A stretch of DNA of 17,937 bases, taken from assembly GCA_024626585.2 (NCBI GenBank), contig JANKJI020000002.1, positions 109,188,221 through 109,206,157 of the forward strand, in the 5' to 3' direction. How positions within the stretch are numbered: position 1 is the first letter of the stretch; each line of letters opens with the position of its first letter. The notes under the pieces were generated by a model. It was not told the DNA's origin. It saw only the letters and a program-made list of their open reading frames with translations, and made no database searches. Origin of the DNA: Ginkgo biloba. Lineage: Eukaryota; Plantae; Ginkgophyta. A program made the position numbers and the translations under genes. Shown piece by piece: positions 1 to 10,784 of this stretch.

Positions 1-469
1 AAAATGTCATCAAATGGATTGGACGATGGTGTACGATAATTTGTTTGTTTTAGCAAATTCTTTGCACAACTTAAGCATTTTTATCGCATATTTGAAGTTG
101 AACTAGCCATCTAATAGATGTTTGGTAACAATACAATAAATGTGGTTATTTAAACTTTCAAAATATCAGTCGATCTCTACAAATGAAGCAAAATTATGTA
201 GAATGGATCCAACTATTTCTATGAGGTATAAGAACCTATTTCAGTAATTTTGTTGCATGAATTGGTAAAGTATTGCTGGTGTTTGGAAGAATCTAATGCT
301 CTTTTGATTGATATAGCAAGCCATGTAAGGAAGTAGGATCTCTTTCAAGTGGATTACTACAAGACCAAGGTGTTGTAGAAAAATCAAGATTCAATGTCAA
401 ATTTTGACTGATATAGCAAGATATAAGAAGACCATGTAACTATGGCCTGTAAATAGTTATAGCCACAAA

Positions 470-930
470 ATTTGGAAGGTTAACTATTTGATTGCACTTC
501 ATATAAGCTTCACTAAAGAGCTTGTTGAGTCCTCAACATTTTATTTTTTGTAGTATTTCTTGCTTTATNNNNNNNNNNTAGTGCAGATATATGTGCCATG
601 TAATTGCATCGTCATCATGGGAGCTCTTAAGAGTACACAACAAATATTTATCGAAATTCAAGTGCACCACCAATTGAGAACCATGAAGAAGTGTTGACAT
701 CAAATTTTCTCACGGATATTTGCTAGCTTGTAGAGGAATTAGTCCAGTGAGAACACCAAATCAAAATGGTCATATCATTTTTACCCACTGACATGAGAAT
801 TGCAAACAATATCTTCCAATTANNNNNNNNNNNNNNNNNNTTATATGGTGTTGTGTAGTTAGGTGGAGCATGTGCATACTTCCAATTGTGCACAGCAGTT
901 AAATACTCAAGAGGATCATCAACATCTATA
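470..930 (+). mobile_element. Highly decayed Ty1/copia integrase-region remnant
   Basis: Motifs in the expected order across frameshifts: ADIC (583-594; cf. VHADICGPM), LRT/..TSNFLTDIC (~673-723; cf. LRTDNGGEFTS.EF..FC), RTPNQNG (750-770; cf. RTPQQNG), *VEHVHTSN (860-886; cf. WAEAVHTA). Confidence 0.6.
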
Positions 931-1313
931 ACTTTACTAAAATTCACAAAACAATAAACAATATTCAATAAAGATGAAGATTCAGAGAATAAAAAATCAA
1001 GAGAAACCGAAATAAGGTTGTTTGCTTCAGAATATTTCCAATGGGAGCAAAACTAGAGCTAGGAGGCATTGACTGCTTAATGGTANNNNNNNNNNNNNNN
1101 NNNNNNNNNNNNNNNNNNNNNNNNNNNNNNNNNNNNNNNNNNNNNNNNNNNNNNNNNNNNNNNNNNNNNNNNNNNNNNNNNNNNNNNNNNNNNNNNNNNN
1201 NNNNNNNNNNNNNNNNNNNNNNNNNNNNNNNNNNNNNNNNNNNNNNNNNNNNNNNNNNNNNNNNNNNNNNNNNNNNNNNNNNNNNNNNNNNNNNNNNNNN
1301 NNNNNNNNNNNNN

Positions 1314-2250
1314 AAAATATTTCTGTACTCATATTATATCTCAACTAGAACACTAGAAGGTGGATAGAGCAATTTGTATGAATAGAAGGGCTAACTAGAT
1401 GTTTTAGTTTTGATGTTGGGCACACACAAATGTGCCTCAATGTTGTGGATGCTAGTGTCAAAAAGACTTTAAAGTCTTTCCTTGGTAAGATATGTCAAAA
1501 CTTCCATTTGGAGATGAACTATCCCATTGCTTCTAGATGAACTTCCCCATTAGTTGAGACGACGATTGATTAGGCATAAAAGTCCCATTTTCTTTGTTTT
1601 TTTACGCTCTTATACTTTTTTTAACAAGACCAATCATAACTAATTCTTGGTGAAATCGCCAGCTAAACCTGCATGGACCCACATGTCATTTTTGACATGG
1701 GAAGTTATTGAAAGCATGTTACTTTATGTTGGGGTTTTCAGCATTTCCACTTATTCCAAAATACAAGATTCAAGAGGTTTTGGAATTTGCACTTTTATTC
1801 CAAAGGCTTTGCAGTTTGCACTTTTCTCCAACTTTTCAACTTTGAGCAAGCTTTTCCTCATGCATTCTCCACATTTTCCTACTTCTTGTTTGGTTATATT
1901 TTGGTTGGAACATTTTGCATTTTAGTTTGAACTTTTTGCAATTTGCAATAGCTTCCAATTTTGCAAAAAACATAAGGACTTTTGTCTTTTGAATTAAAAA
2001 TAGGTTGTATAGTCTATGACTCCACGCAAGCACTAAGACCTGCACCCTATTGGGACTAGCCCCAAACGTTGTTATGGACTTTGTCCCCAAGGCCCTGAAA
2101 ACTAGCTAAAGGAATAAATATAATCTTGGACCCAACAACGTGCAAAAGCTAAGTTTTTTGCCTCCTTGACCCATGCCCATTCCTACTCCATAATCATCTT
2201 GTAATCATCTCACGAAGCAAATCATTTTTTTATGAGAGAATTATACATCA
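1314..2250 (-). repeat. 3' LTR of the intronic gypsy element
   Basis: Starts TGATGTA at 2250, just after the PPT. Collinear direct repeat of ~8485-9459. A hand alignment of 1333-1426 vs 8506-8599 gives 72/94 identities without gaps. Confidence 0.75.
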
Positions 2251-2252
2251 GA

Positions 2253-2264
2253 CCTCCCTATTTT
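2253..2264 (-). other. Polypurine tract (PPT)
   Basis: AAAATAGGGAGG on the minus strand, directly after the integrase tail and 2 nt before TGATG. Confidence 0.65.
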
Positions 2265-2289
2265 ATAGGATGATGGTCTCCATGATCTA

Positions 2290-5200
2290 GTCTTTAAGAT
2301 GTTAAAAATCATTTTAGATATGTTTTTATGTAAATCGTTTTCCTACCTTTGAGACTAGTCCTTCTCACTTTGTAAAGTTTGACGGAACCCTACCTAGTGT
2401 TCATGTCTTTAATCTAAAGATTTGTTGTGATCTCTTCCACAACCCTACTGATATCAAATATCAAATCTTCAAAAGGGACCTCAATAATATCTACTTCATC
2501 CAACAATGAAGGTTCAAACAACCTTAACCAATCCACACTGAAAAATGGGTGGATACCCATATATGGCAACAAATTGAGCTTGAGAGCATTTTCCCCGATC
2601 TCCTTAGTAAATTGAAAGGACCATAATGGATTGGCTTGATCAATAAGTTCTTGCCATTTAATCTTTCTTTAGGCAAATGCAACCACACTTGATCCACCAC
2701 TTAGAAGATGTCATCCAACCCCTCATGCTTGTCATACCTTTTAGCTTGTATTTTTGTTAAGATTTCAACAAATTATACATGTACCTACAAAAGTTCGACA
2801 TGCTCAATNNNNNNNNNNNNNNNNNNNNNNNNNNNNNNNNNNNNNNNNNNNNNNNNNNNNNNNNNNNNNNNNNTTCTCGAAGAAGGTAGCTGTATAGCCA
2901 ACTTTAATGTAGGTTGAGGTTGAAAGTCAAGACTCAAAACATGCTTCAAAAGGTAAAAAAATCTAAAGTTAGAAATAGACCTATTGTAACTATGTTGGAT
3001 ATATGGAATGTTCCCATCCAAAGTTTAGGATGCTTATGATTGTACATCCTCAATTGTCATGTTGGCCACCTCTAATTGTCCANNNNNNNNNNNNNNNNNN
3101 NNNNNNNNNNNNNNNNNNNNNNNNNNNNNNNNNNNNNNNNNNNNNNNNNNNNNNNNNNNNNNNNNNNNNNNNNNNNNNNNNNNNNNNNNNNNNNNNNNNN
3201 NNNNNNNNNNNNNNNNNNNNNNNNNNNNNNNNNNNNNNNNNNNNNNNNNNNNNNNNNNNNNNNNNNNNNNNNNNNNNNNNNNNNNNNNNNNNNNNNNNNN
3301 NNNNNNNNNNNNNNNNNNNNNNNNNNNNNNNNNNNNNNNNNNNNNNNNNNNNNNNNNNNNNNNNNNNNNNNNNNNNNNNNNNNNNNNNNNNNNNNNNNNN
3401 NNNNNNNNNNNNNNNNNNNNNNNNNNNNNNNNNNNNNNNNNNNNNNNNNNNNNNNNNNNNNNNNNNNNNNNNNNNNNNNNNNNNNNNNNNNNNNNNNNNN
3501 NNNNNNNNNNNNNNNNNNNNNNNNNNNNNNNNNNNNNNNNNNNNNNNNNNNNNNNNNNNNNNNNNNNNNNNNNNNNNNNNNNNNNNNNNNNNNNNNNNNN
3601 NNNNNNNNNNNNNNNNNNNNNNNNNNNNNNNNNNNNNNNNNNNNNNNNNNNNNNNNNNNNNNNNNNNNNNNNNNNNNNNNNNNNNNNNNNAGAATAGATT
3701 GTTTAAAAGTCTTTGTCAATGGCATGCAGTCATTTAAACTCTTCAAAAATAAAGGGGTTCCTCTTCATCAATAAACTCAAACATGCTAAAGGATGTTTCG
3801 AGAAAATTTGAAATTTTGTTTACATACATTTCTTATACCAAACAACAAAGTTAAATTGTTGCAAGTATGTAACCCACTTGAAATGCCTTCTATTCTACAA
3901 CTTGGCTTGAGTTTGCAAATATCACAATGGTTTGTGATGCGAGTGGGTGATTGTTTCTTTGTTGAGCAAATAGTGCATTCAATATTTCATAGCTTACACT
4001 AATGCATCCATCTCCTTGTGATATGTAGTAATTCTCAATAACCCCTAACCATGTCTCTAAGTGGTAGGCAATAGGCCTACCTTGTTGGGTAAGCACAACT
4101 CCCAAGCATAGCCTAATGCATTTGCTTCAATCACAAATGGCAATTTCAGATTAAGCAATGCCAACATTAGTGCAACGCAAATTGTTTCTTTCAACTCCTC
4201 AAAAGCTAATTGTTGCTAAGAGGACAANNNNNNNNNNNNNNNNNNNNNNNNNNNNNNNNNNNNNNNNNNNNNNNNNNNNNNNNNNNNNNNNNNNNNNNNG
4301 TTTCTTGGTGTTGGCCATTCAAGCACACATCTAGTATTTTCAAGACCAATGTGTAAGCCATTTACATCAACAATAAATCCTAAGTATGTTATGGATTTCA
4401 TAGTAAAAGAGAATTTCTTCAAATTTGTTTGCAACTATTGTTAAAGTCTCCAACACTTTTCCCATGTGTTGAATATGATCTTCCCAAGTTTTCCCAAAAA
4501 CCAATATGTAATCTAAATAACCATGACAAAGGAATCCACATAAGGTCTCAACACATCATTTCATAAATCTAATAAATTGTGGCCAAAGCATTTGTCAACC
4601 CAAATAGCATAACAAATAATTCAAGCAAAACCTGCCTTGTTTTCAAAATAGTCTTCCAAGTTTCTTCTTCTCAGATTCGCACTTGGTGGTAGTGGAAATT
4701 CAATTCAATCTTGTTCAAGTAATTGTCAACTTTAAGTTGATCTAAAAAATCTTCGATCTTGAGCAATGGATATTTATTCTTAATAAAGATTTTATTGAGT
4801 GCTCTTAAGTTATCACACATTCTTCAACTACTATCTTTTTTGGGTACTAGAACAACTAGTAATCCACATGGCAAAGAACTTGGTTTGATGTGACCCTTAT
4901 CCAATAGATCTTGCAATTGCTTCTTTATCTCTTCATTCTCTGATACAGAAATCTTATATAGTACTAAATTTTGTAAAATTGCGTCCTATTACAAGTCTAT
5001 AGCATATTGGATTGCCTAATAAGGGTATTTCCTCTAGTCCCTTGAATGGATTTCTTATTTTAAAAGCAAATCTTTTATCTACTTTGTTTTTTATAACTCC
5101 ATCTCCACACACAGTCTTTTGAAAGTTACTCCCCTCACGTTCTTGTGGTCGTAACATTAATAAGACAAACTTTTGAGAAGCATTTTCTAGCCTTTTGGCT

Positions 5201-5420
5201 TTTGCAATTGATATCAAGACCATTTCATCTTAATTATTTTGAGAGATAATGATATTACACTTTCCATACTTAACAACCCTTTACTATTTAGGTCTTCATC
5301 TATATTGCACAACTTGGTCCATTAGGTAGGGATTTCCAAGAATCACCCCACATACACCAAATGAGACTATGTTGCATTCCACCTTGTCAATGAAACTTGT
5401 ACTTTGATTGTCAAATTGAG
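2290..5420 (-). pseudogene. Decayed gypsy pol (protease C-terminus, RT, RNase H, integrase with GPF motif)
   Basis: FIDKVECNIVSFGVCGVILGNPYL (~5400-5325, protease end). KNKYPLLKIEDFLDQL, YHQVRI, MLFGLTNA, YLDY for YLDD (~4510) and YLGFIV..GL...EWPTPRN (RT). GVVLTQQGRPIAY (RNase H, ~4105-4065). IKPIHYGPF..EIGENALKLNLLPYMGIHPFFSVD (integrase C-terminus, 2640-2530). Many stops and frameshifts; the integrase core is under N-run 3083-3690. Confidence 0.92.
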
Positions 5421-5562
5421 TGTTATGTGCAGACTTTTTCCATTTATTCTGGGGTTGTCCTAGATAGTTCTTCTTTTGAAACTTTTGTTTGGTGGGTGAA
5501 GATGCATGTGAAGGAGCCTTGCTCCATTTTCCTATTGCTTACACTAACATAGCCTTATATTA

Positions 5563-6756
5563 CTAGTACAAACCCATGGCAATATTTTAGGAACATCTTA
5601 GCGATATTTCTTACTATTTTATTGTTATTACTATTATTTTATAGTATATTGATCAAACCATAGTTAATATTGGGATGGCTATTACACGAACCCTATCTAA
5701 GTTTTTGTTGGATATAGATGGTTTCATATATATAGATAGGTGGAAGGATTCAAATGGTCGGTCGGACACCTTGGCATATATGGTACCACCTTAGTTTATC
5801 CATAATTAACTCAATGAGAATTAGGTGTTGAGCTTCGCATGATTATTATGTGCAAACATCTAAGTTACAAGGATCCCCTTCAATCCCAATTTTGTACCTA
5901 GTACAGCTTGGGAGCGAACATGGCACAAGTGCAATGGAAGTTCATTACCGTACTGTATCCTAACCATANNNNNNNNNNNNNNNNNNNNNNNNNNNNNNNN
6001 NNNNNNNNNNNNNNNNNNNNNNNNNNNNNNNNNNNNNNNNNNNNNNNNNNNNNNNNNNNNNNNNNNNNNNNNNNNNNNNNNNNNNNNNNNNNNNNNNNNN
6101 NNNNNNNNNNNNNNNNNNNNNNNNNNNNNNNNNNNNNNNNNNNNNNNNNNNNNNNNNNNNNNNNNNNNNNNNNNNNNNNNNNNNNNNNNNNNNNNNNNNN
6201 NNNNNNNNNNNNNNNNNNNNNNNNNTTTGTAATATTGGATATTTTATCATTTAGCCATTTGACCTTTATGTATATATATAGGAGCCTAAAGGACTATTAT
6301 TATGACATATGTTAATCTTTTATGTTTCAAATATTTTGTGAATAGTGATTTATCATTTATCATTTTATGTCATATGATAGTTACATGTTACATATACTAT
6401 GAATCATGTTTCAAATATGAATAATTCATACAATTTAAGTATTTTATTATGTGTGGCATGACTTACATAAATTTCATATTTTTTGTATACATATATTTTT
6501 GTAAAACCTTAAAATTTGTCACTCATATCCTAGAATTTTTTAAATTATCGTTTCCCATACTCGCTCCTATCTCTTGGCAACTTAGGCAAATATTAGTTCA
6601 CGTATTTCTATGGTGAACCAATATAAACTATGTTATTAGTATTAATATCTTACGGTTAGATAACTGGAGTTGCTAGAGTTGTTATTATTAGAACTATTTT
6701 TATCAAAATAAATAAGGGTGGATGCGCAATCTCTTAATTTTTCAAATAAGTATAGA
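5563..6756 (-). mobile_element. Probable non-autonomous Helitron inserted in gag
   Basis: The insertion is defined by the break in gag. Its minus-strand 5' end is TCTATACTTATT (6756) and its 3' end is ...TTGCCATGGGTTTGTACTAG followed by T (5562), with no TSD. Caveats: the subterminal hairpin is badly decayed and the 5' flank base is C rather than A. Confidence 0.55.
5860..6585. mobile_element. Non-autonomous TIR element (hAT-type MITE, 726 bp)
   Basis: TIRs CTAAGTTAC (5860-5868) / GCAACTTAG (6577-6585), 8/9 match. 8-bp TSD GCAAACAT (5852-5859) / GCAAATAT (6586-6593), 7/8. Inverted subterminal motif GGAGCGAACATGG (5911-5923) vs GGAGCGAGTATGG (minus, 6567-6555). AT-rich non-coding interior. 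Confidence 0.8.
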
Positions 6757-7250
6757 GGGGCCTCATCAAGACCCTTTATGTCAAGGAGCTCCAATTCTTT
6801 TTCAATGTGTGTGAAGTCCTCTAGTGTTCTATAACACGATATTTTCTTCACCCTCTACAATCTTTTATTTGATTGTGAGATGATGAAAGTCAACAATGCA
6901 ATATGTAACCCTTTTGACCTTCCTTTTGCCTCATGTATCGCCATCCTANNNNNNNNNNNNNNNNNNNNNNNNNNNNNNNNNNNNNNNNNNNNNNNNNNNN
7001 NNNNNNGTTTGAATTGCTCCTAGCTTCTAACAAGTAATCTTCCTTATCTTTCACCAAAGCTTTCCCACCATATCAGCGTATCATCTTCAATCTTGCAAAG
7101 ATGTTTCTATAATTATTACTTTATCCTTAGTAAGATATATAGTTTTGTAACTATCTTGGAGAATTGCCCAACACCATCAAAGATCTCCTTTCCCTCCTTA
7201 GCCTCCACCTTGAAGAGATTTGATAAGAAAGGAGTTGATGTGTGAGTAAG
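6757..7250 (-). pseudogene. Decayed gypsy gag (Retrotrans_gag-like), 5' part
   Basis: LFKVEAK...IFDG, IFARLKM, TLIWWES, WRYMRQKEGQ and HIEKELELLDIKGLDEA in the expected order. The frame appears to resume (YKAMLV*AIGKWSK) at ~5559 after an insertion. Confidence 0.8.
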
Positions 7251-8387
7251 TGGNNNNNNNNNNNNNNNNNNNNNNNNNNNNNNNNNNNNNNNNNNNNNNN
7301 NNNNNNNNNNNNNNNNNNNNNNNNNNNNNNNNNNNNNNNNNNNNNNNNNNNNNNNNNNNNNNNNNNNNNNNNNNNNNNNNNNNNNNNNNNNNNNNNNNNN
7401 NNNNNNNNNNNNNNNNNNNNNNNNNNNNNNNNNNNNNNNNNNNNNNNNNNNNNNNNNNNNNNNNNNNNNNNNNNNNNNNNNNNNNNNNNNNNNNNNNNNN
7501 NNNNNNNNNNNNNNNNNNNNNNNNNNNNNNNNNNNNNNNNNNNNNNNNNNNNNNNNNNNNNNNNNNNNNNNNNNNNNNNNNNNNNNNNNNNNNNNNNNNN
7601 NNNNNNNNNNNNNNNNNNNNNNNNNNNNNNNNNNNNNNNNNNNNNNNNNNNNNNNNNNNNNNNNNNNNNNNNNNNNNNNNNNNNNNNNNNNNNNNNNNNN
7701 NNNNNNNNNNNNNNNNNNNNNNNNNNNNNNNNNNNNNNNNNNNNNNNNNNNCAAAGAGTGTTTTGAGACAAAATACAAAAAGGAAGAATCCAAGAAAACA
7801 AGCAGTTGTTGTAGTCTACAGATCTTGTCAGCGTCTAGGCCTTCAAAATTGGAGTTGGAACACCGTTCTGGAACCTAATTTAAGATGTTCTTCTACTTCT
7901 ATAGTATCGTAGTTTCTCACGATGCCCTTTGGGTGTTATATTCTTATAGAATGGACCATAGTTACAACCAACAAATTTACCTTGGTGCCTCAACTCAATT
8001 CTCAACAACCACTTGGAAAAGAGGTGTAGTCATTGAAAATGCCTCTTCCCAAGCGGCAACCATTCTAAGTTTAAGGAGAAACCCCTATTGGAATATTCCC
8101 TAATGGTTGTCCTTATTTAAATTTGAATCTTATTATGTAGGTTTTTGCCTAATTCTACTAACAACAAAATTTAATTAATTCCCTACCCTTATACTTACTC
8201 TCCTAATTCATTCAAAACAATTAACAATGCAAAAATAGGTGCATAACATCCTTATTAGTTGTTGAGTACTAATTACTTGTCCAAACCATATAGTACTTTT
8301 ATAGTCCATTCTTGAACTACTCCCCACTAGATTAATAATCAATTCCAAGGTCTAGAATATTGCTTAGGATTTCCAATCTTTGAAATA

Positions 8388-8395
8388 TGATACCA
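8388..8395 (-). other. Primer-binding site (tRNA-iMet type), decayed
   Basis: TGGTATCA on the minus strand (first 8 nt of canonical TGGTATCAGAGC), located between the right-hand LTR copy and gag. Confidence 0.6.
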
Positions 8396-8398
8396 AAT

Positions 8399-9459
8399 TC
8401 GTGTCTAAAACCTATGTATACAACACAATCTTAAAGCATAATATAACAAAATAATAAGAGTTTCATTCACATGATCTAACAATCAAAATATTTCAATATT
8501 TACAAATTATATGTCAATTGGAACATTACAAGGCATATAGAACAGTTTGTGTGAATAGAAATGCTAACTAACCATTTCAATTTTAATATTGGCCACACAT
8601 GTAGGTGTGCCTCAATGTAGCCAATGCTACTAGTAGACCTTTAGGTCTTCCCTTAGTAAAATATGGTAAAGCTTCACACAGATTGAACTATCCAAGTCTC
8701 TCCTACAATTCTGGATGAACTTCCCTCTTAGTTGAGGCGAGGATTGATTATTGTAAAAGTCCCCTTTTCTTTGTTTATGATATTTTATTACTTTTTCCAA
8801 CAAAATCATTCATAATTGATTTCTTGATGGGGTCAACAAAGCCTACATAAATCCACGTGTCAATTTTGATACTTGGGAGTTAATTGAAGAATATTAGTTT
8901 TTGTCAAGGCTTTTCAGTTTTCACATTCTACACTTTTCCTCGAATACACTATTAAAGGTTTGTGATATGCACTTTTCCCCAAATAAACTATGTAGGAAGT
9001 TTTGTATTTTCCACTTTTCTTAAACTTCCTGAATTTAAGCAAGATTTTCCCCATGCTACAATTTTGTGTAGATATATAGCACAACTTCCTAAGTTTTTTA
9101 GAACTATATTGATTCTTCTATCAATCATGAATAGATTTTTTCATCAATCTTTCCTCTACCAATGTCTATCCAACTCAAATGTTTCATGGTTGGCTCATTT
9201 TTGGTAATCGAACCTTTTATAATTTGCAATCCCTTCCGACCTTATTGAAAGCATAACGAATCTTGTCTCTTGAATTAAAAATGGGTCGTATGGGTTATGT
9301 AGGTACCCAGCCCTCCACCATGCTAGAGCCAATTCCCAATCCTACTAGGGGCTCTGTCCCTAGGACTAGAGGGAGGGCCTAAAGACAAAATAAATGGAAT
9401 AGGTACCCAATCACCTGCAAAACTAGGTTTAGCCTCTTTGGCTATGCTCGATCCTCCTT
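8399..9459 (-). repeat. 5' LTR of the intronic gypsy element (outer end truncated)
   Basis: Direct, collinear homology to 1314-2190 (shared blocks such as tgtgcctcaatgt, gatgaacttccc, aaaagtccc, aatttgcaat, tgaattaaaaat). Abuts the PBS. Homology stops at ~9459. Confidence 0.72.
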
Positions 9460-9478
9460 TGTAAAAGCAAGAGAAATC

Positions 9479-9498
9479 GTGTGTGCGTGCGTGCGTGC
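9479..9498. repeat. Short (GT)/(GTGC)n microsatellite
   Basis: gtgtgtgcgtgcgtgcgtgc read directly. Confidence 0.7.
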
Positions 9499-10210
9499 CC
9501 CCACATTTCGCTAACAATATTTATTAGTAAGGTCAGAAACCCTTGCTTAGAATCAAATACAACAAAATTTAAGAGCCAAGTAATAGCAAATTTCAAAAAA
9601 ATTGTTGTAGATTACGNNNNNNNNNNNNNNNNNNNNNNNNNNNNNNNNNNNNNNNNNNNNNNNNNNNNNNNNNNNNNNNNNNNNNNNNNNNNNNNNNNNN
9701 NNNNNNNNNNNNNNNNGTTAGAGAGAATCCCCTTTTCTTCTTTTTGCGATATTTTCTTGGTGGAACCTTCATGCGCTAGAAATAAGCACTCTAAGACTTT
9801 GAGATGGTAGGCAAAAGATGACTTGGCATGGGTGCCTCTATGACCCCTTTAGTTAAGTGTGTTAAGTATAGACCTCTGAGATTTAAAAATAGTCTTGCTT
9901 AGAGACATAAAAAATGGAAGATCCATCCTAGGGAGGAAAAGAAACCCACTTTAACTACTTCAGGCTACATGGTCACCCAAACCATGCTCAGGAATTTCTT
10001 TATCGAGGTTCACTAGGGTGGGTAGAAAACCATTGGCTACTTCCTTAGGTGGGTGATGTCGAACACCTAATGGGAGCTTATGGTGAATATATGACAATTC
10101 ACGGAGGACGTGAATCATTGTGGTCAAAATGCTCTAAGTGGCATCTTTGAATTTTTTGAGTTCCTTCTTCATTTCCTTAATGAATATATCTAGTTCACTC
10201 CAACATTCCA

Positions 10211-10784
10211 GTCAGTGTGAAGCCACCTCAAGCCAATTAGAAGCAGATCCCTATTGCAAGTCATTCATATCAGCCAGTGCAAAACAGTCCTAACTCAATT
10301 GAAACTTAAAAATCAATTTCTGCTGCTGATCATGCATATCTCTGTCCAAAGCTGTGGGAAGTCAATGAAAACTTACAAGTGAAATCGTGCTACCAGTTAT
10401 ACATATCAGTATGTGTAAGCTACACAAATTCAGTTGAAAGTGGAATCCTGCTGATCGTTATACATATCAGTCAGTGTGAAGCTNNNNNNNNNNNNNNCAG
10501 GAAGGCAATTAAAAGAGGAATCATACTGCTTGATATACACATCAGTTTCTGGCTATGTGTGTGTGAAGCCACACAATACAATTAAAAGTGGAATCCCGCT
10601 CCTGATTATACATATAGTCAAGGTGAAGCCGCAATAAGTCAAGTAAAACCGGAATCCTGCTAATGGTTATATGATAAGTCAGTGCAAAGTCATGATAAAT
10701 GGATTTCCTCTTATGGGTTAACATGACAGTCATGAAAGTTGCCCTAAGTCACCAAAAGCGGATTTCCGATGATGTTTTGATTCA
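10211..10784. repeat. Degenerate tandem array, ~9 units of ~51-75 bp (core ~60 bp)
   Basis: Unit starts at about 10211, 10273, 10342, 10409, 10470, 10545, 10617, 10678 and 10729. By-eye consensus GTCAGTGTGAAGCCACACAAATCAATTAAAAGTGGAATCCTGCTGATGGTTATACATATCA. Central units are best conserved. Confidence 0.85.

Larger units (their letters stand above)
1314..9459 (-). mobile_element. Ancient, near-full-length Ty3/gypsy (chromovirus-like) LTR retrotransposon with nested insertions
   Basis: Order on the minus strand: LTR (~9459-8399), PBS (8395-8388), gag (~7250-6757, resuming ~5562-5430), PR-RT-RH-INT (~5420-2290), PPT (2264-2253), LTR (2250 to 1314 or beyond). The left end is hidden by N-run 1086-1313. 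Confidence 0.8.

Noticed and set aside
660-680. TGG-TGG (WW) on the minus strand as a possible DDR4 exon 3
   Set aside because: Reads LNWWCT rather than the expected DWWHW context, and lies within the copia remnant.
5563-5736. Shorter Helitron with 5' end A|TCTATATATAT at 5736
   Set aside because: A plausible terminus, but gag does not resume at 5737. The break in gag maps to 6756/6757, favouring the longer call.
5745-5775. GGATTCAAAT as a Pol III B-box (tRNA/SINE)
   Set aside because: No A-box at proper spacing, no cloverleaf, and no A-rich tail or TSD.
10211-10784. CRISPR-like array, C/D snoRNA cluster or coding repeat
   Set aside because: Eukaryotic context, and units are degenerate along their whole length with no unique spacers. 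Minus-strand units have CTGA but no good RTGATGA box C or terminal stems. Unit lengths do not preserve a frame.
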